This document shows positions 1-15,524 of a stretch of 64,000 nt of DNA, one piece after another. The notes under the pieces are model-generated. The model searched no databases. It was not told the DNA's origin and saw nothing but the letters and a program-made list of their open reading frames with translations. Numbering within the stretch: the stretch's first letter is position 1; the number at the start of each line of letters is the position of its first letter. Origin of the DNA: the human T2T-CHM13v2.0 reference genome, Homo sapiens; assembly GCF_009914755.1 (NCBI RefSeq), contig NC_060926.1, one strand, 5' to 3'. Position numbers and translations under genes: made by a program.

Positions 1-479
1 TTTTCAATGATAAAAGGAACTGAGGCATCCATACAAATTAACACTAGTTTCATGCCATAGGCCCCTCATTAATATGTGATTTCAAATGAAGGTGGATTTA
101 ATCTGTAATACAATTAGTTGGTTGGGGAGGACCACATCAAGCAGTAGAAAAATGTCAGAAAATGTATGTCGAACTCAACTCTTGCAAATCAAAGGTGAGT
201 CCCTCTATAAGGGAATGTTATTCATCCATTATTTCAATGGTCAACTTACATATGTGAATGTACCATTAGTTAAGATGTGAGACAGACAGGTGACTTTCAG
301 GTTTATCTCAAGATACTCAATAACGAATATTATTCTTACTACATATCAGGAAAGTAAAATTCTAAAATTGACCTTCTCTCTTATTTCAGAGCAACTTAAT
401 TCTGCCAAAGACCATCATAGAACCATTTGTATTAAAAACTCTACAGACTGATACTCTCGGAATTCAGCTAGGCCTTCAG

Positions 480-940
480 CACCACCTGCCAATTCTGTTA
501 TCTGTCTTTTGTCAGCTACTTTTACCATTCCCTTCCTCAAAATTTCAGAACTGTCCCCTTTCCTCAAATTTTCTCTGTACCAAATTTCTACCCCACTTCT
601 TTAAGCAGATAGCATGACAACCTAGACACTTGTGGCTATCAGGCTTGATTTACCTCAATATTCCACCTCTTTATCTATTACACTTTTACTGCCACAACCA
701 TCCTTTCTCTCTTTTCATCAATGACATAGAATGAAGTGACCTTCTTCTTGCTCTAAGCCATGCTTTACTCCGGTTTTTGGGGGGTCCTCCTTTCTGCTCT
801 AAGTCCTGACTACACTAATTAACCTTATTTCCTTTACAAATCTTCAACTTTTTTTTCTATTGGCTCCTCCCTCTTAACTTCATCTCCTTAATCCTAATGA
901 CCTTCCTTGGCCCCACATTCTCCCCAGCTACTCACACAGT
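480..940 (+). mobile_element. L2 LINE relic (highly diverged)
   Basis: Pyrimidine-rich stretch resembling the L2 body; boundaries approximate. Confidence 0.4.
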
Positions 941-967
941 CAAAATGTGCTCCACGGTAAATGGTCA

Positions 968-1456
968 TGTCAAGAACCTTTGAAGGGAAGGAGATTTCAC
1001 TGTACTTGAAGGCTAACAAGCTAGTGTGCTAGAGTTTCATACTTACTGGCAGAAGACACAAAATTTATGGGTAAGAAACAGAGGACTTCATTCCCATGAA
1101 ACAAGACACATGAAGTTTATGTTTGCATTGGTTCTCCATGCCCCTCAAGTCCCACAGCAGTGATGCAAATGGTGCATGTGGTACTGTGCACACAGTAGAT
1201 TTGTGTTACAGCTAAGGAGACACTAAAGCTTTAAAAAAATATGACAATAGGCTGCTGGCAAACTTGTCTAACTTTGTGCAGGAGGAAGACATTAGTTTTG
1301 TTATTCTGGTTAGGAACAAACCTGCCATCTGTCTTAGAGGGAGAATTAATCTCTACCTTCCAAGGCATTTTGTTATATAAACATCCTTGAAAAGATAATG
1401 TAGGACAAAACTGTCCAGAGACATACACATGTGCCATAGAAAATTGCTCATCCATA
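968..1456 (-). mobile_element. ERVL-class solo LTR (MER54/MER73/MER74/LTR53-like group)
   Basis: Begins tgtcaagaacctttgaaggg...ggctaacaagctag...ctggcagaagacaca, the reverse complement of this LTR group's 3' end; homologous to 16475-16854 in opposite orientation. Confidence 0.7.
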
Positions 1457-2210
1457 GGTTGCCTTTCATTTATTTATATTATTAACAATTTTTTGGTAAG
1501 TTGACTGAATGTTCTCTATCTGTTATACATTTTGCTAGGTGGGAAGCACACTACCAGACTTTAAGAATCCTATTTAATTTTTAATGGACACAGTGAACCT
1601 CATAGCACATTTCAAGAATAATGCTGATTTTGGAATGCCCTTACTAATAAATCATAAATCACCTGTAGTCATTTCATTACAGACTGCTGGAAGGGTACTA
1701 GGCATTGTGGTCTGGTAAAAAATTTTCCACTTACATTACAATTGATCCAATAAAGAATAAATTGCAAATAATACTTCAGCATTAATGGTGTTTTCTTCAC
1801 TCTATAAGACATACAAATGGACCTTCATGGAAAATATACTGTTGTAGTTGCTATAAGCCTCTATTTCATTTTAAGCCAAGACTCAAAATCACATCATATT
1901 AAATAACTGTGTGTGTTTGGTCTTTTGGGGTAGGGATGAGAAAACACATTTTGCCAAGTTTAGCATTGTGAGTTCAGAGTTCAGAAGAAAATTCAATTCT
2001 TTCTGGAAATGAGTGTAATAGAACAGCTGGTCAGACACAATTTACTTGCTCACAGAAACAAACTTAATGATTTCTGAATAAAAAAAAAAAGGCTTACTAA
2101 AAAGGGTCATAAGGAATATCACCAGATTTAGGATACTCTGGGCTTAAAATGGCATCTGCTTATAAACTCTGATGCAACACTTCCCACTCCTCAAAAGCAA
2201 ACCAACAATT

Positions 2211-2242
<32 letters not shown>

Positions 2243-2272
2243 CGCACACACATATATATACTATATATATAA
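2211..2272. repeat. Compound (A)n(TA)n(CA)n microsatellite
   Basis: Seen directly in the sequence. Confidence 0.9.
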
Positions 2273-2639
2273 ACTCAAAAACAAAAACTAGGAAGATTTT
2301 TTTAAAAGATGAAGAGTAACTTAAAATATCTAGAATTTCAATTGATAGGCAACTTGTAATAGGGATTTTTGAAGACTTTTTATAAACTAAATGGGTAATA
2401 AACAGATTGTGAAAGAAGTAAATAATATATTTAGTTGTTACATCTTAGAAAACTTAAATATGTTTTCTGAAATAAAGTTCACTTGCAAAAACAATACTGA
2501 AAAAAACCATTTGTCTTAAATTGCCGTTTGCCTCCAGACTCAGAAATCCAAAGCTAGTACAAAACATAGAATGGGGCAGCTGTCCTTCTATAAAACTGGT
2601 GCTACATTTTAAGGTCTTCTCCACCTTCATTTTTTTACC

Positions 2640-2840
2640 TTTTTATTTTGAAAAACAATCAGACTTATTAGAAATTGTAAAGTTAGCATAGAAAGTTTTT
2701 TGGAACCCTACACCCGGCATCCCCTAATGAAAACATCTGATATAAACATGGGATATCAAAAATAGGAATTTGACAAAGGCACCATATGCTATCAACAATA
2801 TCACAGATCTTATTTGGATTCCATCACTTTTCTAACCCTC
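2640..2840 (-). mobile_element. L1MC-type 3' end fragment
   Basis: ttttattttgaaa...agacttattagaaattg...cagatcttatttggattccatcactttt resembles the antisense L1MC4/5 3' UTR. Confidence 0.55.
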
Positions 2841-4389
2841 CTTCATTTTTAAAGCTATACTTAGATATAAAACTCAGAAAATAGCCAGGAAGTAAGGTGA
2901 GAATGTGACAGTAGAAATCAGGGGGTTTCTTGCGGAGATACATTCCTATTAACACAGAGCTAGAAAAGTCTAGGCAAGAGTGGAAACAGCTCAGGTTAAC
3001 ACCTAATGAAAAGCCTATATTTTTTTCTTATGCCCTTCAGTTGACAGTGCCAGAAAATCATATAGTGGAAAATGAAAATGAGCTTGCTAAGTTAACAGAG
3101 TCAAACAAGACAAAGCCTTGCTGGAAATGAGAGACTGGACAGGGAGATTTTGACCTTCACTTTTCCACTGGCTAAGATCTGAAGCTAGAGGGCAAGCTTA
3201 TATCTGCAACCTGCCTGTCTACCATTTCTACTGCTGCATAAAAATAAAAAATTTCAGGAAGCTTGGCACAGTCAAGAGTATAGGAAGATGCGAAGATGTG
3301 ATATGGGAGGAAATAGCTGTAGAAAATAAAAGACTGAAATTAAAAGTGAACAAGCATGGGATGTAATTTGAGACTGAGGAACTAAGAAAGAATTTAAGAG
3401 TAAATGGAAATAAATATATTGAAAGCAGAAGAGTAAACTGACTTGCAGAAAATGCAATAAAATTAGGCAGTGGATTTCTCTCCATATTTCACAAAGATGT
3501 TAAAAAATGATATCCCAGGTTCTAACACACAGTACCCATTTCCCTGTGGTTTTCACTGTAGACAGATATTGTTTTCACAGACAAATAAATAAACACTTTC
3601 TCTTCTCAAAAGTATTTATTAGAATGTGAGTGATATCAATATATTTGCATAGATTTTCATCATCTCTTCTAATATGGAACTAGATGGTAATTCTAGACTT
3701 TACAGTGAGACTTTATTTTTGTAAGAGTGTCAACCCACTCCTCAAGCCAGAATGGTTCCAGCAGAGCGATTACTTTCAAAAGCTGTATAAATTTATTGGT
3801 AAAAGTTTAATGCCAGCCTTAATTGCCTTCAAAATTCTTGACTAGAGACCATCTGGTCTCAAAGATTTATCTATACCTAGTTTACAAATGCAGTATCAAA
3901 TATTCTGTGGTTGTACCACTACTTGATCTCATTGCCATAAATTTTAAGTTCCAAAAGTCATCTTAAAGTGAAAAACTCTCTCATCTCTTTTTGTGAAATG
4001 GGAAAAAGTTACTAATTTTTTTTTCTCTGTGAATTTCAGTTTCCAGAAGAACCTCCTCCAGAAATTATTGAACAATCCTACTAGTCTATCAGTCAGTTTT
4101 CTAAATTTCTTCTAGTCTTCTAAGCTTTCTACCTTTCATATTTCCTACTTTTTTCTGAATCTTAGTCCAAAATTTTTGTAATACATTTTAAAAGTCATAC
4201 ATTCACTCTTTTCTTCTTTCTTGCCTTTTTTTTCTCTCTGTATGCTTCACCCATCAGTGAGAGTTTAAGTAGTACAAATTTCAGATTTCTGCATTTTCAA
4301 ATTTAGGAGGAATGTTTTAACTTAATTTTTAAAATGTACTTTGTAAATTCTACTAGGAACAGTTAATATGATATCCTCCCTCTTTTTCT

Positions 4390-5160
4390 ATTATCAGGTT
4401 TTTATAAGTATTTTTGATATACAAAAGAACTATACATGTTTAATTAATATAATTTAGTGATTTGGGACATATGCACCATACCCATGTAACTATTACCACA
4501 ATGAAGATAATAAACATATCCATCACCTCCAAAAGTTTCCTTGCACACCTTCTTGTTTGTTTGTTCTGTTTTGTGATAAGAAGCCTTAACATGAGATATA
4601 CTCTCTTGACAAATTTAAGGGAACAAATAGTACTGTTAACTATAGGCACAATACTGTAGAGCAGATCTCTAGAACTTAATCATCTTGTATAACTGAAAAT
4701 ATACACCTGAATAACAACTTTTCATTTCCTTTTTTCCCCAGCCCCTTGCAAGCACCATTCTATTCTCTGCTTCCATGAGTTTAACTATTATAGAAAACTC
4801 ATATAAGTGGAATCACGCAGTATTTCTCCTTCTCTGGCCTATAACATCCAGCATAATGTCATCCAGTTTGATCACTGTTGTTGCATACGGCCGGATTTCT
4901 TTCTTTTCCAATTTTGAATAGTATTCATTGCATGTATGTACCACATTTCCTTTATCTACTTAACCATCTACTGACATTTAAGCTGTTTCTGCATCTTGGC
5001 TATAGAAATCACCTTGCATAACTGAAACTTCATACCCATTGAATAGCAATTCCCCATTTCCCCTTTCCCTAAATCCTGGCAACCACCATTCTCTCTGCTT
5101 CTATTTTAAATCGTTCATACAAATAGAATCATGCAGTACTTGTTCCTGTTGTGACTGGCT
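4390..5160 (-). mobile_element. L1MA/L1MB 3' end (two overlapping-homology fragments, 4390-5004 and 5005-5160)
   Basis: aacatatccatcacctccaaaagtttcc, cagatctctagaactta, caccattctattctctgcttccatgag and ataagtggaatcacgcagtattt are antisense L1MA/B 3' motifs. Confidence 0.8.
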
Positions 5161-5349
5161 ATATCTGTTCCTAGAAAATAGAAGTTGTTAATATCTTGCT
5201 ACAGTTGTCTTTAGCTTTCTCTGAAAGAAAGGACAAAACTAAACTATTTTTGTATAATAGCTCTACCTATTGTGTTAGATTTAGTCTTAGGTATAAAGAT
5301 TTTCTGGTTATGAGAAATTTTCCATTTAACAGTATATCTAACTAAGTGT

Positions 5350-6410
5350 TTTATATTAGAATAGTTTTGGATTTACAAAAAAAAATTGTTGAAAACGTCA
5401 TACCAAGAGTTCCAGTATAACTCTTATCTAATTTCCCCTTTTGATATCTTTTCACAAAACGATATTACATTTGTCACAAGTGAGAAACCAGTATTGCTAT
5501 GCTACTATTAACTAAACTCCACAGTTTGTGCTGATTTCACAAGATTTTTTTTTTTTTGCTAATGTCCTTTTTCAGTCCCCATCCCCAATACCATCCTAGA
5601 TACCACATTACATATCCTCATATCTGCTTAACATCCTGTAATCTGTGACAGTTCCTCAGACTTTGTTTTGATGACAGTTTTGAGAAAAAAATGGTCAGTT
5701 ATATTTTAGAATGTCCCTCAGTTGATCTCAATCTTATGCCGATTGATCTCTCTCTTACACTTTTCTCATGATTACGCTGAGGTTATGGGTTTTGTAAGAG
5801 GAGGCTGCCGAGGTAAAGTGCTATTCTCATAATTTATCAACTATCATGATTTATCATGCTATCAACAATATTTATCACTAGTGAAGTTAGTCTTAATCAC
5901 ATTTCTGAGGTAATATATGTGAAGTCTCTTCACTGTAAAGCTATTTTTCACCACTTTCAATACTCTACTCTTTGGAAACCAATCACTAAGCACATCCCAT
6001 ACTCAAGGAATGGGAAATTAAGCTTCTATTCTTGAAGTAGAGAGAATAACTACAAGAACTATTTGTAATTCTTCCTTATGGGAGATTTGTCTCTTTCTCC
6101 ATATGTTTATATTTATTTATTCAATCAATTATTTATATCACTAAGGGCATGTTTATTTTATATTATGAGTGATGATATAATATCATGTTATTTAGTTAGT
6201 TGCTGAAACTGTTGCAGCTTTGGCTAGTGAAAGTCAATTTACGTTGCTCCTGTATCCCACTGAGATGTCTCCATGGTTTTGTGTTTTAAACACTTTTATT
6301 TTCTGGCATTAAAAGTTATTCCAGGCTAATTTTGTTCATTTTTCCAAGAATCACTCATTTCTTTTCTTGAAGAATGGTATTAGAAATCAAGATCTGGGCA
6401 CTGGGCACTG
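5350..6410 (-). mobile_element. L1MC1-3-like 3' region
   Basis: tattaactaaactccacag, ctgtgacagttcctcagacttt, tagaatgtccctca, gaatggtattagaaatcaagatctggg. Confidence 0.75.
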
Positions 6411-6419
6411 GAAAGCCAT

Positions 6420-9090
6420 TATTTTAAAATTAAATTTTCTATGTTTTTATTTATATTACATTAGCTCACTATTGATATGTGTATATTGATCTTAAAAATG
6501 CCAATATTAGTTCTAAAATTGTATGTGTAATATTATTCTGCAGATAATAGTTGGATATACTATAGGAATACTTACACTATTCTTGACAACTTTATTTCTT
6601 CTTGCTAATTCTTACATCTTTTACCTTATTTTTAGTCTTATTGTTTTGGATAGGATCTCTAGGTCAATGTCAACTGTGGCATCTTTTCTGTGTCTCTGAC
6701 TTTTAATGAATGTTCTAATGCCTCCTGTTAAGTGAGACATTTTCTGCAACTGTTTGATAATACTAATCGGGTTAAATAAGTAATCTATCTACAAACAGCT
6801 AAAAACTAAATCTTACAGAGGTACTGAATATTATAAAATCCTTTTCTGAATCTCTGAAGATCACTTTTATTTACTCTCTTTAATCAGTTTATGTGATAAA
6901 TTATATGAATAGATTTTGTAATACTAAGACATTCCTTCATGTTTCAGATAATATCTATTTGGTCTGAAGGTATTTATTTCTTCACTCCTCTATCGAAAAT
7001 GCAAACACATTATTTTGTCTTTTCACACTGAATTTCTTAAAAAAATCAACCTATTAATCTTTTAAAAACCAATTTAATTTCTTTAATGTCTGTATTCCTG
7101 TCAAAATTGTACATCTTTTAAAAATACTTTGGTAATTTAGGTTCTCTAGAAAAAGTTCATTTTGCACAGGTTTTCAGACTTCTTTAATCATAATTATTCA
7201 CAATACTATTTTATAATTTTTAAAACTGTATCTGTAATTACAAATTACAAGATCTACTCTCATTCAATATTATTTTGTTGAAATTTCAATCTTTTTTTTC
7301 TCTTTGGATCTTGCCATATATTTATCTGTTGTATTTTACTTTCTAAATTACAAATTCTGGGGTACGAATTAGTCTCTATATTTCAAATCATTCTCCACTT
7401 TATTAACCTGCTTTTATCAATTTGTTTCTAGTTTGGGGAGTATCTCCCCTTGTCATCTTGTGATAAAAAATTTGTTTGATTTTCTATCTTTTTCTATTAT
7501 ATCTAAGGCTATAATTTTATTTTGAAAGCTACTTTAAATTTATTCTAGATATGTGTATCTTTTCAAAATGTATCTCTATATAAGATTTTGGGATCCATCA
7601 TCTTTCAAAAGAAAATTCACTGAGAGCACTGAAAACACATTATATGTATTTTCAACAATTGGGTAATTTTTGAGACTTTATTTGTATCCTGGGACCTAAT
7701 TTAGGCATTAAAAGTTCAACTTGTGCTTGGATACAATCTGTATTCTTTCAGATGTGAGGTAAAAGTCTCCTGCTGTGATTGAGGTAACTTCACCTTATGT
7801 CCTCCACCAGCCCAAGCTTTGAAGCCAGGCTTACTGGGTACACATGGGGGGCTGTGCCCATGGCTAGATATGTAAGAACAGGCAGGGCATTTAAAATTTC
7901 ACCTGCCTCAGTGTTCTCATGTGCACAATGGACCCTCCTGTCTGGTTATGGTAAATATTGAGCAAATGAGGCCACCGGAGGTTTACCTGGAACAGGTTGA
8001 GGTGACAGTGTTCACCTTTACACACAAGTGCTCAGAAATATTAAATCTTCCTGTTTAACTCTTCCTTTTGTCATTATGCATAAATGATGTTCATTATCAC
8101 TGAAAATGTTTTTTGTTCATTTTGTCTAATATTGTTGTCATTTGTCCATAATTGCTTAGTGTATTTTTCATTATTTTGCTTTTAATCTTTATATATTTCA
8201 GAGATGTTCTGTTTCAATGATTGTACTTATATAGTGATATGTATAATATATTCATCTAATATGTATTTCTTTCAAGAGTAGATTTTATTTTACCTATTTT
8301 AGTTACTATTTGGGGGATTTATTTTTGCTCTATATTGAACTTTTATTGGCAGTGGTTATTCTCACCCTCCCCTGTTTTGGCGATCTAGTTTTTCAGGGAA
8401 TTTTCTTTATTAACGATTTTTTCCCCCGCTATCTTTTCACTGGTTTGAAAATAATACATTACGTTTATGTGATATTAATGTTTAGGTGCATTTTATGATA
8501 AATATTTGGCACGGCAATATACAAAGAAAATATACAACTACACTCTCTCCTCCAATTATATCTGACATTCAGATTAGTTTAACTCCAGTGGCTCTTCCCA
8601 CACACGGCATGTTGTCGCTGTTCTTTATTTTACCTCCACCTTGAATTCAATCTCCCTCACTAGTTTCTGCTATTAATATTTATGTTTACAGTTAATTATT
8701 TATAAATTTCACTACATGACTATCGATATCTTTGTTAATTTTTATTTAAATATATTCTCTATTGGGTTATTTTTCTTCTTGCTTTTTAATTACGCCTTTG
8801 TGATAATTCTTTAGATAAAGGCTATGAATAAATTCTGTTTTGTTTTGTTTTTTATTTCGCCTTCTTTCTTCAACGGTAGTTCATTTAGATATTAAACAGA
8901 AGGCTGGTAATTATTTTTCTCAACAAGTTAAAAATATAATTTCAGTATTTTCTGATCTTTCTTTTGAATTTCAGAAATCTGCTCTCAGTCTCATTTGCTG
9001 CTAACTTGTAGTTGGTCTATCTTTATCTCAGGTTGTTTTTAAAAGTTTTATTTATTGTTTCATAATTTACAGTTTCATAACAACATATTT
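6420..9090 (-). mobile_element. Ancient L1M (L1ME/L1M5-like) ORF2-region relic, fragmented
   Basis: 6600-6960 resembles antisense L1 ORF2 (cttattgttttggataggatctctaggtcaatg...cttttctgaatctctgaagatc); T-rich continuation; boundaries approximate. Confidence 0.5.
7810..8045 (+). mobile_element. MIR SINE relic
   Basis: gcctcagtgttctcatgtgcacaatgg resembles the MIR core; ends aagtgctcagaaatatta. Confidence 0.5.
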
Positions 9091-9379
9091 ATTGCACATA
9101 GCAAGCAATAAGAAGGCATATGTAGCTTACATTTCATTAGGTAATACTTTTTAAGCCAGAAAGCTATGAAGGTATAATTCTTAGAAATAAAAGCAAATAG
9201 TATATAGATTTTCTTATGACTGGTTATTTTATGACTGATTTTGACTTACAGATTATCTTGTGACTTACTTTACAACAAGGGCAACTATTGCATGGGAATC
9301 TATAATTAGACTTAAATATACTATTTGCATATTAAATTTTCAAAGATTTTTATTGCTACATATTTAACTTTTAAAACAC

Positions 9380-11200
<1,821 letters not shown>

Positions 11201-11499
11201 GAGAACATTCTCCTAAAATTTTGTTCTTGTCTTCTAAACTATGGTCAAGGCTCAAGTATCTAGGCTTATTATACACTCTGAATATTTTTCTATACTGAAC
11301 CTATGGCATACATAAAAATATGGCAGATCTGCTAAATATAAAGTAAAGCATTGTTTACCGTGTGCTTTGTTCTCTCAGCAAATATATTATCACTGATGGT
11401 GTGTTTAATTTATTTGCACACTTTAACCTAAAGAAAGAAAATGTAATTTGCTTTTAACCATATAATTTCTCCCAGAAACCCTGCGCTTGTCAACATCAG

Positions 11500-11680
11500 A
11501 TAGCTACAGGCTCTGGATAAAGGGAATTATCTGTGGAACTCTAAAGCAATTAATTGATGAGCCTACACCCAAGAAATTGTAAGTCAGTGGGCCTTAGAGA
11601 TATCCCCCAAAATTTTTCACAAACATCTTATGTCATTCTGGGGTAGACACCCAGAGACTACATTCTGAGGAAAACTGGTA
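11500..11680. mobile_element. MER5-like hAT-Charlie MITE
   Basis: ggaattatctgtggaact...gcctacacccaagaaattg...cattctgaggaaaactg. Confidence 0.45.
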
Positions 11681-12714
11681 GAAGTGTTAGTTCTTTCCAC
11701 AAGTCTTGGCAAAGTTACTCTGCTTTTATTTTCCTATTGTCTGCTTCATGAAGTATGCAAAAACAATTAGGAACTTATTCTCACAACAGTGACGATAAAA
11801 TGACCTTTTACCTAAAACTGTTTAGTGGGAAATCATGCCTCTGCTGAATTTTCTGCTCAGATCATTTTAGATTAGAATAAATTGATCTTGTTAAAAACTG
11901 AAGGAAATATTTTTCACCTTTTTAAATTTTTTAACTAAATTGAAATCTAAGAGTACATGAAATCTAACCTGAAAATAGGCCGGTTGGTGAAGGACGAGCC
12001 ATACGAAAATCCACATCCTTCATCTCTTAAGCATTTGCTATTTAAAAAACTAACTTGAGTGGAGCACTGAAATAATCTAGTCTGTTGCTAAGAAAATATG
12101 CAGATTCAGAGCTGCTGGCGTTTTCCATTTGGAGTGGTAAATTGCAAAAATTCCCCCAGTTTCTCATGTTATTGCTAACATATACAGAGGATAGGGAGAA
12201 TATTTGGTATAGTTTGGTACCTCAAATTAAGTACAGAAATTACACCAATGTCATGTTTCATGTTTCATACTCCAAAGAAAAATGGTTGAGTAAACTAATA
12301 TTATGTTACTATTTGTAAAGTACTAATAATTTTATGCTTAGGATAATTCATCTTTAATTGTGTACCTTTCAGATTGGGTACCATGTTAACTAAAATTTTC
12401 TTGACCTCTGCTCTGTTTCATTTTAAATCATTCTGTTTTCTGCTTCTTCTTACAGACACTCTTTTCCTGTGGGGTTTTCTGTGTTCTTTGTACAATTGTT
12501 TTGGATCTAAATATCCGGATGATCTTTCTTCTACTAAGGCCTTTCTCATACCTTTCTTATACGTGTTCCTTTTCTTCTCCTCTATTCTGAAAATCACACC
12601 TCTGCATCTATTTGTCAAAGCTTTGATTTTTCCACTACGACCCAAAAGGCAGTCTAATAAGGATTTGGTAATAAGTTTGCAGTTAATAATTATAGTTAAT
12701 ACAAAGTAAATATG

Positions 12715-12930
12715 ATTAATAATTATTAAGTGCTTATGGATGTTCCAGGTTCTGCTTAAAGACATTTGCATATGTTGTGTCATTTAATACACACAAAAAT
12801 TCTAATATACCCTTCATAGAGATGAAAAAAACTGAGACCCAGAGATAATTCATCGCTTGCTCAAGTTCACACAGCTTATAAATGATACAGCTAGGATTCT
12901 AGCCCAAACTTTCTGATTCTGGAAGCACTG
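12715..12930 (-). mobile_element. MIR SINE
   Basis: gagatgaaaaaaactgagacccagaga...cttgctcaagttcacacagct is the antisense MIR core. Confidence 0.8.
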
Positions 12931-12932
12931 AC

Positions 12933-13072
12933 CAGCAGTTCTTAAAGACCTCAAATCTACTGAATAAGACCTCAAAGACCTCAAATCTACTTTAGTGGTG
13001 GGGCCCAGTAATCTGATTCATTAAGACCTGAAGAGAATTCTGATGCGAGCTCAGGTAAGAGAACCACTACAC
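12933..13072. mobile_element. MER5A-like MITE, internally deleted and rearranged
   Basis: cagcagttcttaaa...ggtggggcccagtaatctg...gaattctgatgc...gagaaccactac. Confidence 0.65.
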
Positions 13073-14874
13073 TAGGCTGTACTCTTTCAGAGCTTAATTT
13101 AATACAGAGCTGGATATAAATGCATGACAGATACATTTGAATAAGTAAGGCTAACAGAATATTTTATTATCACTCTTAATATTTGCCTTTTGTTAAAAAT
13201 GAGTTTTATAACTAACTATATCAGTTGTTCAATTAATGACTTCATATTCTTTACGGATTTTTAGTATATAAGAAATTAAGCTCTATGATAGAGCCAGAAA
13301 TATATCAGACATTGTGATTTCCCTCAAAAAACTTGTATTATATTAGGTAGATAAAGTTTTTTTTTTTTAAAAATTCACTAAACACAACATATAGTTTGAT
13401 AGTTTAGAATGTGAAGAAGTCTTGAAACAAAAAAATAAGGTTTCAATTTGAATTTCAGTATTGATAAGCTGTGTGATGTTATCCAAGTTATTTGACTATT
13501 CAAAAACTCAATATCTCAATATTTCTTAAAGAACTCAGTGTATTAGGATATTATAAGAAATAAGAAAATGTGTGTTTTGTACAATGTCTAACATACATTA
13601 AACTCTTAATAATTACTTATCACTACTTTGCTTACTAATGTTACTGTTACCATTAGTAATAGTATTACTAATAGCAATAGACAGGTTTATACTAAGATCC
13701 TCATGACCAAAATAAAATGAAAAAAATGGCATTTAGAAATTGAAACTGAAAGATCATTGAAAACTTGGATGTTCAAGGAAAAGATTAAAGAAAAGATAGA
13801 ACCCAAATTGGCTTTTATCTCTTTGTATCTCTCTCTGGCAAAAGGAAAAGGAATTGGTAAAAAGACAAATCTGAAATAATATTTCTGGGAAAGTAAATAA
13901 ACCATTGTTGATGGAACAACAAATCTGTAAAGGAAAGTAAGCGAAAATGGATCAAGCTCAGATTTAAAGTTAGTATATGTGAACTTTATCTTGCTATAAG
14001 CTAAAATCCACCTCTAGCAAAGACAAATTTCATGTTATACAAATATGCTATAGCAAACCCACAAATATTATAATATTCAAGCAGCAGGTATTTACAGAGA
14101 ACCAATTCTTTACCAGTTATAACCGGAATTATGTTAATTCTCTAAATGCCATGCCAAGCTAAAAATGTGCAAAAAGAAAACATAAAGGGAAGAATGAAAA
14201 CACTGTTAGAAAGGTAAATAATAACATTGTTATTGTAACATATTTTACAAAGTAACGATCACCAATCACAGTGAATATCTGTAGGCTAAAACTTGCCCCT
14301 GAGAAACAAATCACAAAATAATGTAAAATAAAATTTTTCAAAAGGGATCTGCAGTAGATTATACTCTAATGAACCACTTGATTTTATAAATTCCATTAAT
14401 AATTTTAACTGTACATTTCTCAACCTTTTGTCCTTAGGGCTCAGCCAACATTAAGTCAACTAACAACTACATTAACAATAGGCAAGAGAAAAGAATAGTG
14501 TTTACTGTGGTTCCAAAGGGATTTTCCAAGCAGATTCACTGATAAGGAAAAATCCTCTTAGCCATTGTTGGCTTTGAAAATGTTTGTGTAGTGTGATTCT
14601 TTGCTTCTTAATTAACCCAGTCACTGACTACTTAGGCAGTGTGCTACGGCACTGATGAGGTTTAAAATAGTAGTTTTCTAACAAAAAACTTCAGACTGAA
14701 GAAGTATAATTTCTGATATCCTTAAAATGATCAAAAAATCACTTTAAAGCATCCTTTAGAATTGTATTAATCTCAAATTTTCACACCTGTTGTAATAAGT
14801 AGACTGTATTTTTTGTTTTCTCTTCTTTTTCTAAAAAATAAAAATATATAATATATTTATGTAGTACATGGTAC

Positions 14875-15187
14875 TTTTTTTTTTTTTTTTTTTTTTGAGA
14901 TGGAGTCTCACTCTGTCACCCAGGCTGGAGTGCCGTGGCACGATCTCAGCTCGGTGTAACCTCCGCATCCTGGTTTCAAGTGATTCTTCTGGCCCAGCCT
15001 CCCGACTAGCTGGGATTACAGGTGGCTGCCACCACTCCTGGCTATTTTTTTTTTATTTTTTATTTTTAGCAGAGATGGGGTTTCACCATGTTTGCCAGGC
15101 TGATCTCAAAATCCTGACCTCAGGTGATCCAACCACCTCGGCCTCCCAAAGTGCTGGGATTACAGGCATGAGCCACCATGCCCAGCC
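14875..15187 (-). mobile_element. AluS, full length
   Basis: Poly(T), then gagatggagtctcactctgtcacccaggctgg...; TSD acatggtac at 14866-14874 and 15188-15196. Confidence 0.97.
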
Positions 15188-15524
15188 ACATGGTACAATT
15201 TTAGCAGTTCTGAAATAAACCAATTATTTCTTTAAAAAATATTATATGTTATTAAACATAATTTCTCATAAAATCATCCACAAAATAATCACATTTGAAG
15301 ACTAAAATACCAAAAAGAGAGAACAAATAGTGTTGAAGTTAGATGCATAAGCTTTCTAACACAAATAAGAGTGGCTGATTTTATAAATTTATACATCCAG
15401 GTTGATCTTATGCTAGTACATTTACATAAGGAACAATATTACCTCTTAAGTTAATTACATAAGTCAAGTATATCTAATAAGTGAATAAAACAAAGAGAAA
15501 TGCTGTGATCGAAAGTTGGTTATT

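Noticed and set aside
4680-5160. Apparent internal duplication in the L1MA/B element
   Set aside because: The copies are heavily diverged and equally explained by two separate old L1 fragments
14637-14700. gtgc-tacg-gcac hairpin followed by CTGATGAG, resembling a hammerhead ribozyme core
   Set aside because: No stem II and GAAA downstream, and the would-be cleavage triplet is GUG rather than NUH
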